Shown: positions 27,400 through 40,265 of the stretch, one piece after another | Layout of the letters: each line of letters starts with the position of its first letter | Numbering within the stretch: position 1 is the stretch's first letter | Source of the DNA: Azolla caroliniana | Taxonomy: Eukaryota > Plantae > Polypodiophyta | Direction of reading: 5' to 3' | NCBI GenBank assembly: GCA_043228905.1 | Contig: JBHGNT010000011.1 | Span: 15,810,001 to 15,874,000 of the forward strand | Length of the DNA: 64,000 nucleotides | Program-made: the position numbers and the translations under genes | The notes under the pieces: model-generated | What the model was told of the DNA's origin: nothing | The model's database searches: none | What the model saw: only the letters and a program-made list of their open reading frames with translations

Positions 27400-29900
27400 C
27401 TTTTTTTTAACTCCAACTAAGTTGGTTACAATAGGTGTAACACAATTGCAATTGGTGAAAATGTTGGGTTGTGCAGCAAAATGACCTCGGGTTAACCAAA
27501 CTCTTATCTTGGCATCAAGGTGCCTAGTGGCTGCTTCAAGTATTCCTTTAGATGTTTGGCAATTGTTATCTATCACACTCTTGACTGCCATGTGATGACA
27601 TTTGCAGAATGTCATCAAAGCTGGATAAAGAATCATTACACCCAAGGTCCGTAAAGAAGAAGAAGAAAAGGAATGTTGGAGAAAAAAAAGATTAGAGAAA
27701 GAAAAAAGGGAACAATGGAGAAAAAAGAGAGGGATAACTGTCAAGGAGAATACAATGATCACCTCCACAACATGGTATGCCTCAAAAGCATTTGCCTACT
27801 TCTTGTGACTGCTGACACCTATGCCAAGGAGGAATTACCCTATACACAACATAGAACCAGCCATGCTTGGGTTGCCAATGGCCAATGGCAAAGCCATATG
27901 TTGCCATTATCTTGTGAAATAATTGGTTGCATGGACTTCGACTTGTTGAACTACTACGGTCTACTAAGATGAGAGTGTAATTAATTTAAGGTTGTGTGGC
28001 ACTGCTTGTTCCTTTAACCTCTAAGCACACAGTGTAAGATGATTGGTTGTGTAGAGCTTTGCCTCGTTAAACTAGTGTGTACACAAAATCAAAAGGATTT
28101 GTTCTCCACTTTTTATGATCCTCGAAGCAAAGGTTATGTTTGGGTGATACATCCCTTGATCCATGATTCAAACATCAATATGATTTTGGTGGTGGTGAGG
28201 AAGCACAATTCATTGTGTCCAACCTAAACCTTACATTTCCTAGCTTGTGTGCCACTTAGACCTAGTGTTTGTGATTTTGAGCTATGCATGTCATATGTAT
28301 TCAGAGTGACAATCTTTGTATTTGTAGATTCATTACTATCTAATACATGCATGTGCTTGTAAGTACCTATTCTATGCTTTGTCTCCTAAACCATAAACTC
28401 TCGTGCCTTGATTACATTGATATTGGTACCAAGGATACAAGTCTGCATGGAAGGAAACTAGGGTAAAAGACATAATCTTAGAAACTAGACTATAGACTAA
28501 TTGTTAAGAATATAAGATTTTGTGGCCACTCTAATGTGAAAAGATCTGTTGTTAAAACCTATTAAAACTACATTTTTGTAATGCTTTACATAAACACCTA
28601 GGTTGCAGTTTTTTCACTTCTCTTGCTCTTTCTCAATGTAAACAAACACTTAAATTGCTTAAGTTATATTAATAAATTACGCAATTGGGTTTGACTTCTA
28701 GTTAATGTAAATATTTACTAATTTAAGTGTTCATTAAGGTTTAGCGTCATTCCTCTAATTAATTGGTAGAGTAAAGAGTTTAATGAGGATTTTGTTGAAG
28801 TTGTTACCATGTCACTAGTGGGTTAGAATTGTTGACACCCATAGCTCGATCCTTGTATAAGGACCTCATTATTAAAAACATGTGTTTAGGAGCAATCTTA
28901 AACATTAGTAGTTTTTTTTAAAGGTCCTTAGGCAAGATGAGTTTTTATAATGTTAAGAAACATGCAATATAGATTGCGTAGCAAAGTGGTAGGTTTAGAT
29001 TCTTGAATTGCACACATTATTATTCATGCATAGATTTCTCTTGAGTGTGCCCTAGTCTTCTAGTGGTTGCAAGTTTTTTGTTTGTGTTAATCATTTGTCT
29101 ACTTTCTTTGTTGTTGTTTATTAGATGTGGTCTAACTTGTGTTCATTTTTGTGTGGACTTGTGGTTGGCGCTTGGAGCGTTCAATAGAGCTTTGCATGAT
29201 CCCTTATCACGACCTCAATGTGGAGGAAGAATTCCTTGTTTCATCATAACCACCTTGATATCTTAATCTATGTGATGACAACTTCATATTAGCATGTTCT
29301 TTAAATGTAAGTATGAAACCAATTAAATTCTTAGATACTTTGTGGAGAAAGCTATGGTATACTTATCAATAATAATGAACTATTAATGCACTATTTAGTA
29401 ACGAAAATACTATTTCCAAGCATTTGTCAAAATCCAATTCTAGTTCTAATATATATTGTGAGGAGGTACTAGATCGCTTTTTCTTTGTGCCCGTTTTACA
29501 CTTGCATAGACAAAAGACCCTTTCCTAAGTTTCAGTTTGAGAGGAGTTAGATGCCAATGCCATTGTTGATGGAGAGTATAGACAATAGGGTTCACTCGAT
29601 TTATGGGCGGATGGGCTTGCCCATGAGTAGTTTGTTGATAAATTTGTGATGCCATAATGTATGCACACTTGGAGGTTTGTTTACAGGATCACCCACACCA
29701 TGGCACCATCCCCATGACTTGAGGAGTACAAATATAGACCATGCTCAATCATTTTATTAGATTTTGTTTAGCTCCAACCTTTGGATAGAAAGCATATTCC
29801 AACGAAGGGTTGGCGAGCCATATAGATGGAAATGTCAATGGATTATGTGTCATGACTTGATTGTGAAATCAATTGGTTGGGTAACTAATAATCATCTCGT
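27400..29900 (+). mobile_element. Possible highly decayed hAT-like transposase remnant
   Basis: Only scattered motif-like pieces (LDP..KDL-like near 28845; IESIF near 29787); no TIR/TSD found; boundaries approximate. Confidence 0.2.
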
Positions 29901-30192
29901 TTGATCCGTTCCAGCTTGTCTTGGAGCACATTAGATAGGGAGTAGAATGTGATTGACAAAGACAACAAAGAAGCTGAATCGTAGATGTGGTAGACTCAAT
30001 CAGTGGAGGGAACAAATAGTGACAAATGTTGAAGGAGCATGAAGTGATGATCCAAGGGGAGGTTGTGCGGGAGGGCCTTCCAAAGGATGGAAATCATGAG
30101 CTATGATTCACTTCTTCTGATTGCTTTCTAATGAGCCTTGTGGTGGATTGAGATTGTAGGTCTAGATCCCAAATCTGAGGAACTTGAAGGAA

Positions 30193-31806
30193 ATGAGAAG
30201 AAGAAGCTTCCATGGCCTGCACAGAAATGTATTGTTACTAGGGCTTCTTTCTCCCTCTCAATGGTCTTGCAAGACATGGAATAGAGGTGCCTTCCGAGAC
30301 ATGGTAGACCTCCTCTCCTCCACTATAGTCACAACAGAGCAAGCTCAAGAAGAAGAAACAGCAGAGAAGAGAAGCCACATCCATGGCTTATTAGGCTTTA
30401 AAGGAGCAGAGAAGCCTTCCAACAAAGATGTTCACCTTCTCTGCCACGTCTTTCTTCATAACCCTTGGTCTTCTTCTTTTGAGAAGAACCTTCGGCTCCG
30501 GAACTTTATCCTTACTCCCCATCAATCTATCCAAGTTCTCCATATCTTGAAGACACACAGCTTTTCCATTTCGTTGGATTTTTTCATATGGTCCATTCAG
30601 CAGAGAGGCTTCTCACAGAGTTCTGAAGCCTGTAAAATCATGAAGAAAAGTTTGGAAGAGAATTTAGATGATATCCAATCTTTGTTAACAGGCATGGAAT
30701 TTAGTGAAAGGTATATTCCTTTGGTTGTTTTTATGCTTCTAATGGAGATATATGCAGAGAAAGGAATGGTAGAAGAAGCTATGGAGACCTTTAACTCTAT
30801 AAATAAGTACAAATGTAGGCCAGATGAAGATGCATATGATCTAGTTTTCAAAATTCTGGTCGAAAAAGGAAAGATGGACGTTGCCCAAAATCTATTTGAA
30901 AGAATGCAAAGGGATCAATGGTGTCGACCCCGTAAGGTAACTTATTATCTTCTTCTATATGGCTTAGGAAAGAATGGTCAATTAGGAGAGGCCCGGAAAG
31001 TTATAATGGAGGCTATGCGAAGAAGTAAACATGAGGTTGTCACCAGAGAAGCTTATTGCCATCTTGTGGATGGCTTGTGTGATAGTCAACAAATGTGCCT
31101 AGCCGAAGAAGTTGTTATTGAAATGCATGAATTAGGGTTAGAACCTGATGCTCATGTCTATACTAGTCTAGTCTATGGACATGCAAATGCTGGTAATATA
31201 GAAGAATCTTATCGGTATTATATGGATGCTATCCAGGATAAGCTTCTCACTCCCAGCCAAGAGATGTTTGAGCTCTTGATTTCAGGTTTTTGTAAGCTTA
31301 AAGGGAATGTCAAGGTGGCCTATAAGCTTTTCAGAGAGATGGTCAAATCTGGGATTCAGCTCGATCCCACTTTGTGTAATACTTTGACTAGGTCAATGTT
31401 GGAACAAAAGGAATGGCAAGTGTTAGAAGAGTTTTGGAATGGAATTGTTGAGAATGGGATTGATCTCGATGCCCAAATATGTAATGAAATTGTTGAAGCT
31501 TGTGCTGGTTGTAACCAAGCTGAATTGGCACTCTCTATATTGAATCAAGTTATCACTAATAAGGGTTTATGCCCTAATAACGAGACATTTGACTCCTTGA
31601 TGAGGAAGCTGATCGAGTTCAATCGACTGGATTATTGGGAAAAGCTTCTAACTGGCATTGACAACATGAAAGGAAGCTTGAGACTAGAGTTCTCACGAAG
31701 GATCATGGAAAACATAACTGATTTAGATCAAGGTGTTGTAGAATATATATCCAGTTTCATGGAAAAAAGGGACATGTACAAATCTTACTCATATGAGTGT
31801 GATTAA
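30193..31806 (+). CDS. P-class pentatricopeptide repeat protein, intronless
   Basis: Tandem ~35-aa PPR motifs (VFMLLMEIYAEKGMVEEAMETF, TYYLLLYGLGKNGQLGEA, VYTSLVYGHANAGNIEES); no E/DYW domain. Confidence 0.92.
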   Translation: MRRRSFHGLHRNVLLLGLLSPSQWSCKTWNRGAFRDMVDLLSSTIVTTEQAQEEETAEKRSHIHGLLGFKGAEKPSNKDVHLLCHVFLHNPWSSSFEKNLRLRNFILTPHQSIQVLHILKTHSFSISLDFFIWSIQQRGFSQSSEACKIMKKSLEENLDDIQSLLTGMEFSERYIPLVVFMLLMEIYAEKGMVEEAMETFNSINKYKCRPDEDAYDLVFKILVEKGKMDVAQNLFERMQRDQWCRPRKVTYYLLLYGLGKNGQLGEARKVIMEAMRRSKHEVVTREAYCHLVDGLCDSQQMCLAEEVVIEMHELGLEPDAHVYTSLVYGHANAGNIEESYRYYMDAIQDKLLTPSQEMFELLISGFCKLKGNVKVAYKLFREMVKSGIQLDPTLCNTLTRSMLEQKEWQVLEEFWNGIVENGIDLDAQICNEIVEACAGCNQAELALSILNQVITNKGLCPNNETFDSLMRKLIEFNRLDYWEKLLTGIDNMKGSLRLEFSRRIMENITDLDQGVVEYISSFMEKRDMYKSYSYECD

Positions 31807-33694
31807 CGGATGGAATTGTACTGCCCTAAATGTGCATATTGAGAACAGCAAATGGTGTTTCAAATCATCCCCCCAATCTGTGTTGATGCTTAATATCAAT
31901 ACCATATACTAAGATAAGGTCAAATGCATATCAACCCATGCATTGTTGCAAGTTGATGATGTTTCTTCACCAATATTTTCTCAACCAAACATTGGAGACT
32001 GATGAGACAATAAGTGAAAGCTTCCATACACTAACCCAACATTATCACTAATTTAGTTTTGATTAGGCTATAATGGCTACAAGCTTCTCTATTCCTGTCT
32101 CAGTGCATTAGATCATGGTACCTGAAACTAGGATTGATGATCTAGTAACACCCCACAAGGCCCATAATTGAACCATTAGATCCATATTTGCATGAGGTTC
32201 ATGTTTGATAAGTAATTCTTTTATTTGGACCCATCTTTGTTCGTTGTGTTTTTATATGAATACCCATCCATGTATATTTAGCACCAGTATTGCCACTTTT
32301 TATGTAGATCAAAATCCATAATAGCTATATCTATAAACATATTTTTTGTGCCTCTCAAAACATACCTTTTGGCTATTCGTAATTTGGGATTAAAAGATCA
32401 GCAAGTTCAATAGTGAATAAATTGTTGCATGTGAAGTGATATTTCATGTAGAAATGGATCCAAGAAGTAGATCTAATTAATTTTGATAGGGTGCTTTGAA
32501 AGTCATAAGGTATCATTAATGTACTTGGAAAGTCAATTTAATTGATAGGGTGCCATGCACCAAAAGTTTGTAAATGAAGACAAAACATCTTAGATTTTAG
32601 CAAAACCAATAAGCGGAGCACTAAGGCTAAATGCATATTTCAAAAAAGTAGAAAGAGGATTGTCCAAAGGTTGTTGAGTGCAACAACGTTATCAATGATG
32701 AAGATTGAGAGCAAATTTGTGTGGTAAAAAGTCTTAGATAGAACATACACCTAGCAAAAGCCAAAGGGTTGATAAGGAGTCGTGAACAATTGTGGATTAT
32801 GACACGGCTTTCAAGTGCATGCTCTCTCCTGATTTACTACCAAAGCCCACAATGTGCTAAATGAAAGGTTGTTATTCTTGTAAGATGAGTATTCTTTTTG
32901 AGGATGTTTGGACCTTCACGAGTAGCTCGTCTTCTTGAATATATTGCATGACCAAAGATTATCCATACTCTTGAAGACAAGACCAGTGGCTTCCTAATTT
33001 ACTCCAATGCCTCTAGGATAAGAAGCATTATGTGAGACCATGGGCATATGTGGAACTAACAATTTGGGAAGATCCCATCAACCCCAAAAAGAACACTCCA
33101 CATGGCAACAAAGGAATATAGAGGAAAGAGACTACCCAAAGTTCTATAATGGAGGAAGGTGAGGATGATGTCAACTCCACATGGCCTGGAAAGTCCATAC
33201 GAGCCATCAAAAAAGCTTAGCTAGTTTATTATTGTGACACATAACTTTGTAATATTTGCATTTAAGAGTGCAAAACCTCATCCTAATATAATAGAATATT
33301 ACAAATGAGAGACTATTGTAGTTCTATTATGGTGAAAGGTGAGAATGACATCAAGTGAAGACCTTCACCTATGCTACTTCGATATGCTCAGCTAATTGTT
33401 TACAATGACAACCTTGAGCAGAGAGAATGTTTTGAATAAGAGATTGACCGTAGTTCTACCATCGATGAAGGTGACAATGAGGTCAACACAAGGCCCGAAA
33501 AGGCCTTTACCTACACGAAAAAAAGAAGTATGGCTAGTTTATTATGATGGCACAAAAATTTTAAAAATTGTTTTTAAACAATCTTTTCATTTTTACACCT
33601 TATTCTCACATTTTAGGAACATCTTAAAAATTTTAAAAATTCTAAATAATGAAATATTATCAATTTTAAAAAATTAAAAATTTGACCTATGTTG

Positions 33695-33842
33695 AAAACC
33701 GAAACCGAACCACGAAACCGCAATTTTTACGATTTAATGGTTTAACGGTTTTAAAAATGTTTAATTGTTCAATTTCACGGTTTGGTTTAGGTTTCAAAAA
33801 ATTTAAACGGTTTGGACCCTCTCAAACCGAACCATTGCCAAT
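33695..33842. mobile_element. Possible end of a non-autonomous DNA transposon/MITE
   Basis: Cluster of AACCG/CGGTT motifs in both orientations, as in hAT-type subterminal repeats; no partner end found. Confidence 0.35.
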
Positions 33843-36733
33843 TGTTACCTTCAACCCATCTACTATTGAGTTGTTATAAAACTTGAGTTAACAAAATTGT
33901 GACTACATACAAGCTCTTCGGAATATTATTTCTTTTTACATTTGCGCATTTTTATATGAATACTTTTTCACACTATCACCCAATGGCAAAAAATAGTATT
34001 GTTCCGAACTATCACAATAGGTTTTCTATGAATATGAACAGTATTTAACAAAACATGATACAAGAATGTGTCTGGTATCGAAACTAGAGATGATAACATG
34101 AATGGACAAGTTAATATAACCAAGTGACTATAATTTGCTTCACAACTCAAGATTTAATGTTATCCTACAGAAAAGCAAATCCATGAATCATCTAGTGTAA
34201 ATGAAGAGAAGTTAAATATAAACTCATTCATTGCATAAAGATTGATTTAACAATAGATGGTACCTCAAGACTAAATCATGATCATTAGACACTCTTCACC
34301 TTTCTAATACTCTGATGTGAATAAATCAGATGTAACTCAAGCGTAATGAAGTTGTTAATAACTTCATTACATACAAATATATTTTCCTCTGTGATATTAC
34401 ATGAGCAAAACGTTCATAGCTCTAGTATCGGTGATTTTAGATCAATACTTGCAAGCTTCACAAACATGTTAGATCTTACACGTCATTATGTGTTGTAAAA
34501 CGGATGCATACATGTAGCATCCCCTTTTTACCTCTTATCTCTAAGGTACTTATGGCAATTTGAATGGTTATATAGTCAACGAACATACAACATAAATTGG
34601 CCATGGAAGTTGAAAATGAAAATCTTGATCCTATCATTTCTGAACAAGCTTTATACCATTTAATCTGCAACATTAAAAACACAATTAGCTTACCATTTTT
34701 AATCAGAAAAATTGAAATGCTATCATTTATCATGACTCCTTAATGCTCCCCAGTTTCCATAAGAAAAATATTTGAACTATTTAGAGTAGATTGTAACAGT
34801 TAAGTATTTAGATAACTGTTTCCAAATCCTAGAACATATTAATAGCACGCACACTAGAGAAAATGCACTCCATCATAAATCACATCCCTTCATAAGCATC
34901 GTGCATAATATACAGGACAGATAAATAACATACCTATGCAACTGCATATTTGTAACGACACTCTCATCAGAATTTACTTCAGTTGATTCATCAACTATGG
35001 AAAGTAGAAATCCCCCATTTCGAAGAAAGTACATCATATTCCAAAATTTGCTTCCTTCCAAACAATCATGCACACAGTTTTAGAATGTTTGAAGTAAATA
35101 AACTTAAAAATCATCACAAGACCAACATTGACCATCTAAATATAAGATTAAGTTGCATAACAATCATCTCATGGTTACTTTCTCCAGGGATGCCTACTGT
35201 TTACAGTCGAAGGCCATGTTGGAAGTATGTAATCATAATACTTCTATCCAGGTAAAATGGCTGTAAATCCTTTTATCTTATTTAATTGATGAGAACTGCC
35301 TGGGAAAGAGATCTTAATGTTGGTAACAAATACCACGTTTATAGTTATTTACTGGTTGTGGCAAAGAAAAAAGATCTGCCATATGCTAAGCAAGGAAATA
35401 CAATATGTTTATACATGCACACTAATATACTAAAGTTCTAAGATCTCTCAAAAGAACTTTTGAAATTTTCCAAGATCATAGCTGTGGTTACTTTCATTTT
35501 AATGATGATATGCTTTGATTTCTCTTATTCTAACTGAAACTGCCTAAAATCATGGTGATACGTTGTTCTTTTAACATATGAAAATTTACTCTGGAAACAC
35601 CATTTTTTTATATTGGGAGAGTTTTAAAGAGCATTTCAGTAACACCACCATAAGATCTACTACTATATTACCATCTGGAAATTGGAAGTGATGAAGATTG
35701 CAATTCCGACTGATAATCAAATCAAACTGTTGTGGAGAGTATAACAATCCCATTCTCTGATAAACATATGAAAGATTTACATTGTTTCCTTCTGGTAATA
35801 CCTAATCAAAACAAAATCTCATTCTACCTCTCCATCTCCCACTTTTGACTCTCACTAACTCTCCTCTCTCCTCTATTTTCTTTTATTTTCGTAAAAGATG
35901 TTGATGCATTTTACAGAACTAAGTTACAAGCTCACAAGACCAGTGACAATACATAAAGACGAGGCACAGGTGAAATTGTTGTTAATAGTGTGCAATTCCT
36001 AGACGTTGGACAATCCTTCAGATAAGCATACAACAATACCTCAAGAAATCTAAGAGATGGCTTTGTATTTACTCTAACCTTCTACAGTTGTACTGGTGCC
36101 ATTCTTAACAATTGTCACAATTGGGGACTCATGTATCAAATGTGGTGTAGCACCAAATAACAAACTGATACTTTATCTGAATGGGACTGCAAAGAGAAGA
36201 GCCGATATAAGAAGGCTTTTGATCTGATCAATAATACCATGTGCACAAACCATCAGTACTGCCATGTCTCCTAGTTCTGGACAATTGAACAGAAGTGTAT
36301 TGAACTGCAATAGCTATTGTATCTCAGCCAAAACCCTTGAGAAGAGCCATACATGACGAACCACTCACAGCCAGTCCATGGGAGCTTACTGCCATACATG
36401 AAGCAATGAAAGACTGCATTCTTCTCTGTTGCACTTTATAAGCCATGAAATAATCCCAATGTCTTTTAAAGGTATGAATGAGCTCACACCATATAGTAAC
36501 CAGAGTCACCGAGGTTTAAATCAGCGTTACTAAATAATATGAGAACAACGCGCCTTCAAATATGATGTAGCTGTGTGGGGACAGAATCTTACTGTCATAT
36601 ACGAATCCTTTTGCCTATCTAATTTCACATTGAATACGAAAAGAAAAATACTCTGGCATCTGGTTGTGCTTCAGAAAAGCATATCTATTCACAGCTACCC
36701 CAAACTAATCAGCATAGTGGGATGGAGATAGAT

Positions 36734-37701
36734 GGACAGATCCCTTGTATTCATGATGTCTAAGATGATCTGGGCTGAGAAGGTTGAACAACTGATTGTC
36801 ATAGAGGCTCTAGTTGAGACCATATCCTTCATTTAATGCACAGGGATCTACCTCTATATTAGATTGGATCTTGACTCTTTTAGACAATTGGCAACAGACA
36901 GTCATATTTTATGATGGAATGCCTTCGCGGCATTGTTGTTTGACTTACATTGTTTCAGCTAACAGAAACTACACCGGACAGATCCCTTGTATTCATGATG
37001 TCTAAGATGATCTGGGCTGAGAAGGTTGAACAACTGATTGTCATAGAGGCTCTAGTTGAGACCATATCCTTCATTTAATGCACAGGGATCTACCTCTATA
37101 TTAGATTGGATCTTGACTCTTTTAGACAATTGGCAACAGACAGTCATATTTTATGATGGAATGCCTTCGCGGCATTGTTGTTTGACTTACATTGTTTCAC
37201 CTAACAGAAACTACACCGGACAGATCCCTTGTATTCATGATGTCTAAGATGATCTGGGCTGAGAAGGTTGAACAACTGATTGTCATAGAGGCTCTAGTTG
37301 AGACCATATCCTTCATTTAATGCACAGGGATCTACCTCTATATTAGATTGGATCTTGACTCTTTTAGACAATTGGCAACAGACAGTCATATTTTATGATG
37401 GAATGCCTTCGCGGCATTGTTGTTTGACTTACATTGTTTCACCTAACAGAAACTACACCGGACAGATCCCTTGTATTCATGATGTCTAAGATGATCTGGG
37501 CTGAGAAGGTTGAACAACTGATTGTCATAGAGGCTCTAGTTGAGACCATATCCTTCATTTAATGCACAGGGATCTACCTCTATATTAGATTGGATCTTGA
37601 CTCTTTTAGACAATTGGCAACAGACAGTCATATTTTATGATGGAATGCCTTCGCGGCATTGTTGTTTGACTTACATTGTTTCACCTAACAGAAACTACAC
37701 C
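36734..37701. repeat. Tandem array of 4 x 242 bp
   Basis: Units start 36734, 36976, 37218, 37460; one substitution seen (tcagcta vs tcaccta in unit 1). Confidence 0.97.
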
Positions 37702-39175
37702 ACTTTCAGTATTTTCCTTGGATGCACCATCTCCCACTATATCCAATATTTCAGAGAGTTCACGCAATGAAATGGGGGAAGTACAAAAGAAAATTTGGCG
37801 TCACCATGCTGGGCTTAAGAACACAGAATCCCATACTCTCCATAATACTTAACACTGGAAGAAGGATAAGAAAATTTTATGCCTTTCAAATGCAACTGCA
37901 TATTGAAAATAAGAGCTATATACTGAAATTGCCTCCCAAAAGTGCATGAAAATTTATATTCGTAGCACAGAATCACCAAAGTAAATTACTTTCAATCAGC
38001 TGGGTCCAGGGCTTTCGGAGATGGTTTATAAGATGGCATGTTGATATTTTCTAGGGTTTACATAACAAAGTAGACGAAAACAAAAGATACGAATGGAATC
38101 ATAAGTAAAACTGCAACCACTGAGAAATTCAACTGAGTGAGGGGGAAAGGCATTGTGCCAGCAATGTAGAGAAAGAGACACAAAGTTAGGCTTAAGTCCC
38201 CGACTCCAAAAGGGGGCTCAAATGAAAGGGGATCATTCTTTGAAGAGGCAAGGACCCTTTTTATTGTAAAAAATAAGTGGGTGGAGAGCTGACTTGGATG
38301 CTACCTTAGATACTGATTAGGTGGCACAGAATAAGAGGCCCCTAGGACTACCCCAACATATTTGTATGTATACAAGAGGAAAAGAAGAGAGAAAATTATA
38401 TTCATGTTTTTAATAGGCCAAAATAACTTGTGGGAAAGTAAAACATGAGCCAAATGTTTCTCAGCCACACTGGAAATCCTCTACACATTAGAATTCAATA
38501 TAAATTGGACCACCCGCATGCCAATCTGAGCACTGCCCATCACGACTACTCTGACCTACAAAGCATTGGCTTTTAAAGTGTTTTAAAGGTCATGCCATGT
38601 CATCTTGACGATTTCAAAAGTTCCAGGGACATAGCAATTTTTTGCATTAAATAATAAAAGCAAGCCAAGTAATACATTCCAGTGACAGAGATACCTCTGC
38701 CTCTTCAAACAAGAATTTGGCCTGCTTACAAAGTAACCAAATATGAATAAACTTATGCTTGCAACTGTCCTTAGGCAGTTTTACTAATTTAGTTACATAT
38801 TGATGCAATCTCTCATTTCGTCTCATAGACCACTCTGACCTCTTAAAGATGTTAATAGATCTTTCTTCCTTTCTTTCTTCACTCATACAAGGAAGTTATA
38901 ATATACATTTCATCTTCCATTCAGGGCCAAGGGTGATCCAAAACATCAAAAAAACAATAACATGTTTGAGAACTACATATATGTCTTCATAATTCATCTT
39001 GACAACTATAACAAGACTCTCATAAATCATTAAACACTTTTGCCATTTATCCCCAATATCCCAAGATGTTTTCCCATTAATAATGGGGTCGCATATGCAT
39101 TTCAGAAGGCATATGACCAGAATGATTATTAAGAAGCTTTGGTACAGGTTATTATCATCATAGACAAAGGAACTC

Positions 39176-39445
39176 TATATCACAAGCTGCCTCATTAGCC
39201 GTTATGGGCAGTCTCGATTCTATTCTTGTTTTTTCATCATTGCAATATTAAGCCTTAAGTGTAAATGAGCCCTATATCACTAGCCGCTTCATCAGCTGTT
39301 ATGCACAGTCTCAATTCTATTCTTGTTTTTCGTCATTGCAACATTAAACACTCTATGACCTTATACACTATCATGGCAAGCCGCTTCATCAGCTGCTATG
39401 GGCAGCCCAAATGCATTTCTTGTTTTTTTCATTAAATCAAGCCTT
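39176..39445. repeat. Three diverged ~98-bp tandem units
   Basis: agccgcttcatcagctg..tatgggcag..ttcttgttttttcat core recurs three times. Confidence 0.75.
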
Positions 39446-39866
39446 ATCAAACAGCATTTAAAAACGTAAATATGCACTGTATGAACCTGTAACATCCAAA
39501 TAAATCATAGCAATAATCTAATGGAATATATTCATATGAACAACAAACTGATATGGCTTCTCAACTCAGTGAAGCAGCAACACTTTATAAGAGAATAGAA
39601 ATTCAAAGACAGAACACACCTCACAATCTAGATTAAGCTTAGAAACCTCATAATTCCCAATCAGGTAATCCATCAAGTGATCTCCAAGGCGTCCCAAAAC
39701 GAGAACAGATTTGATATTATCCTCGTGTAAAAGAAAGTCTATCAAATGCAGACCACCTGACATGTGAGGAATCTGTAAATAAAGAATTTGTTCTTTGATT
39801 TAAAATGAGAATAAGTACCAACTTCTTTAAATGGAAGAAACCAAAGCAGAAGGTGAATGAAAACAT

Positions 39867-40265
39867 TTAACATACTTCAGGATTCAGAATGTGATTCTGA
39901 GTCCGACTAAGAAGTTTTACCGCTGATTCTTGCACATTTAGAAGCTTTCTGGAGGACTTATGACCATGTGATATCTTGGCATTGGATCTCTTCAATCGAC
40001 ATAACGTTTCTTCATTCCCAATCAAGCCAGAGCAATCATCTGACCCAAGCTTGATCGCAAAATACAAGTAAATTGTGCATAGGAACATTAGCAAGGCTAA
40101 CATTGATAAGAGGAAACGGTGACGCCTTATCAAAGCCATCCAGGAAAGATCTGTTTCATCACGTGAGAAAGTTGATGACCTCCTAAACACTGAACTCGAT
40201 GGTGAAAGTGGATTCTGGTTTCTTCGATGTGCAGGAGACAAAACAGCATGGTTCTCCTGTACCAT
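39867..40265 (-). CDS. Small single-pass membrane protein of unknown function; 5' UTR intron 41238-40372
   Basis: RRHRFLLSMLALLMFLCTIYLYFAIKLG TM helix, CSGL..LC and RKLL motifs; GTAAG donor, CAG acceptor, TATA-like near 41390. Confidence 0.8.
   Translation of the reverse strand: MVQENHAVLSPAHRRNQNPLSPSSSVFRRSSTFSRDETDLSWMALIRRHRFLLSMLALLMFLCTIYLYFAIKLGSDDCSGLIGNEETLCRLKRSNAKISHGHKSSRKLLNVQESAVKLLSRTQNHILNPEVC

Larger units (their letters stand above)
34930..39772 (-). pseudogene. Probable decayed LRR-protein gene (possibly BTB/F-box-LRR, FBL11-like)
   Basis: Minus-strand fragments IILDIMNT, LLFNCPELGDMAVL, YNCRRLE, FIHIWLL and exon-like pieces ending at GT donors; many stops. Confidence 0.3.

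Noticed and set aside
36734-37701. CRISPR array or repeated 63-aa peptide genes
   Set aside because: No unique spacers, eukaryotic context; ORFs start at TTG with no recognisable motif.
39176-39445. C/D snoRNA cluster on minus strand
   Set aside because: No unit has both intact C and D boxes, spacing is short, and no rRNA complement was recognised.
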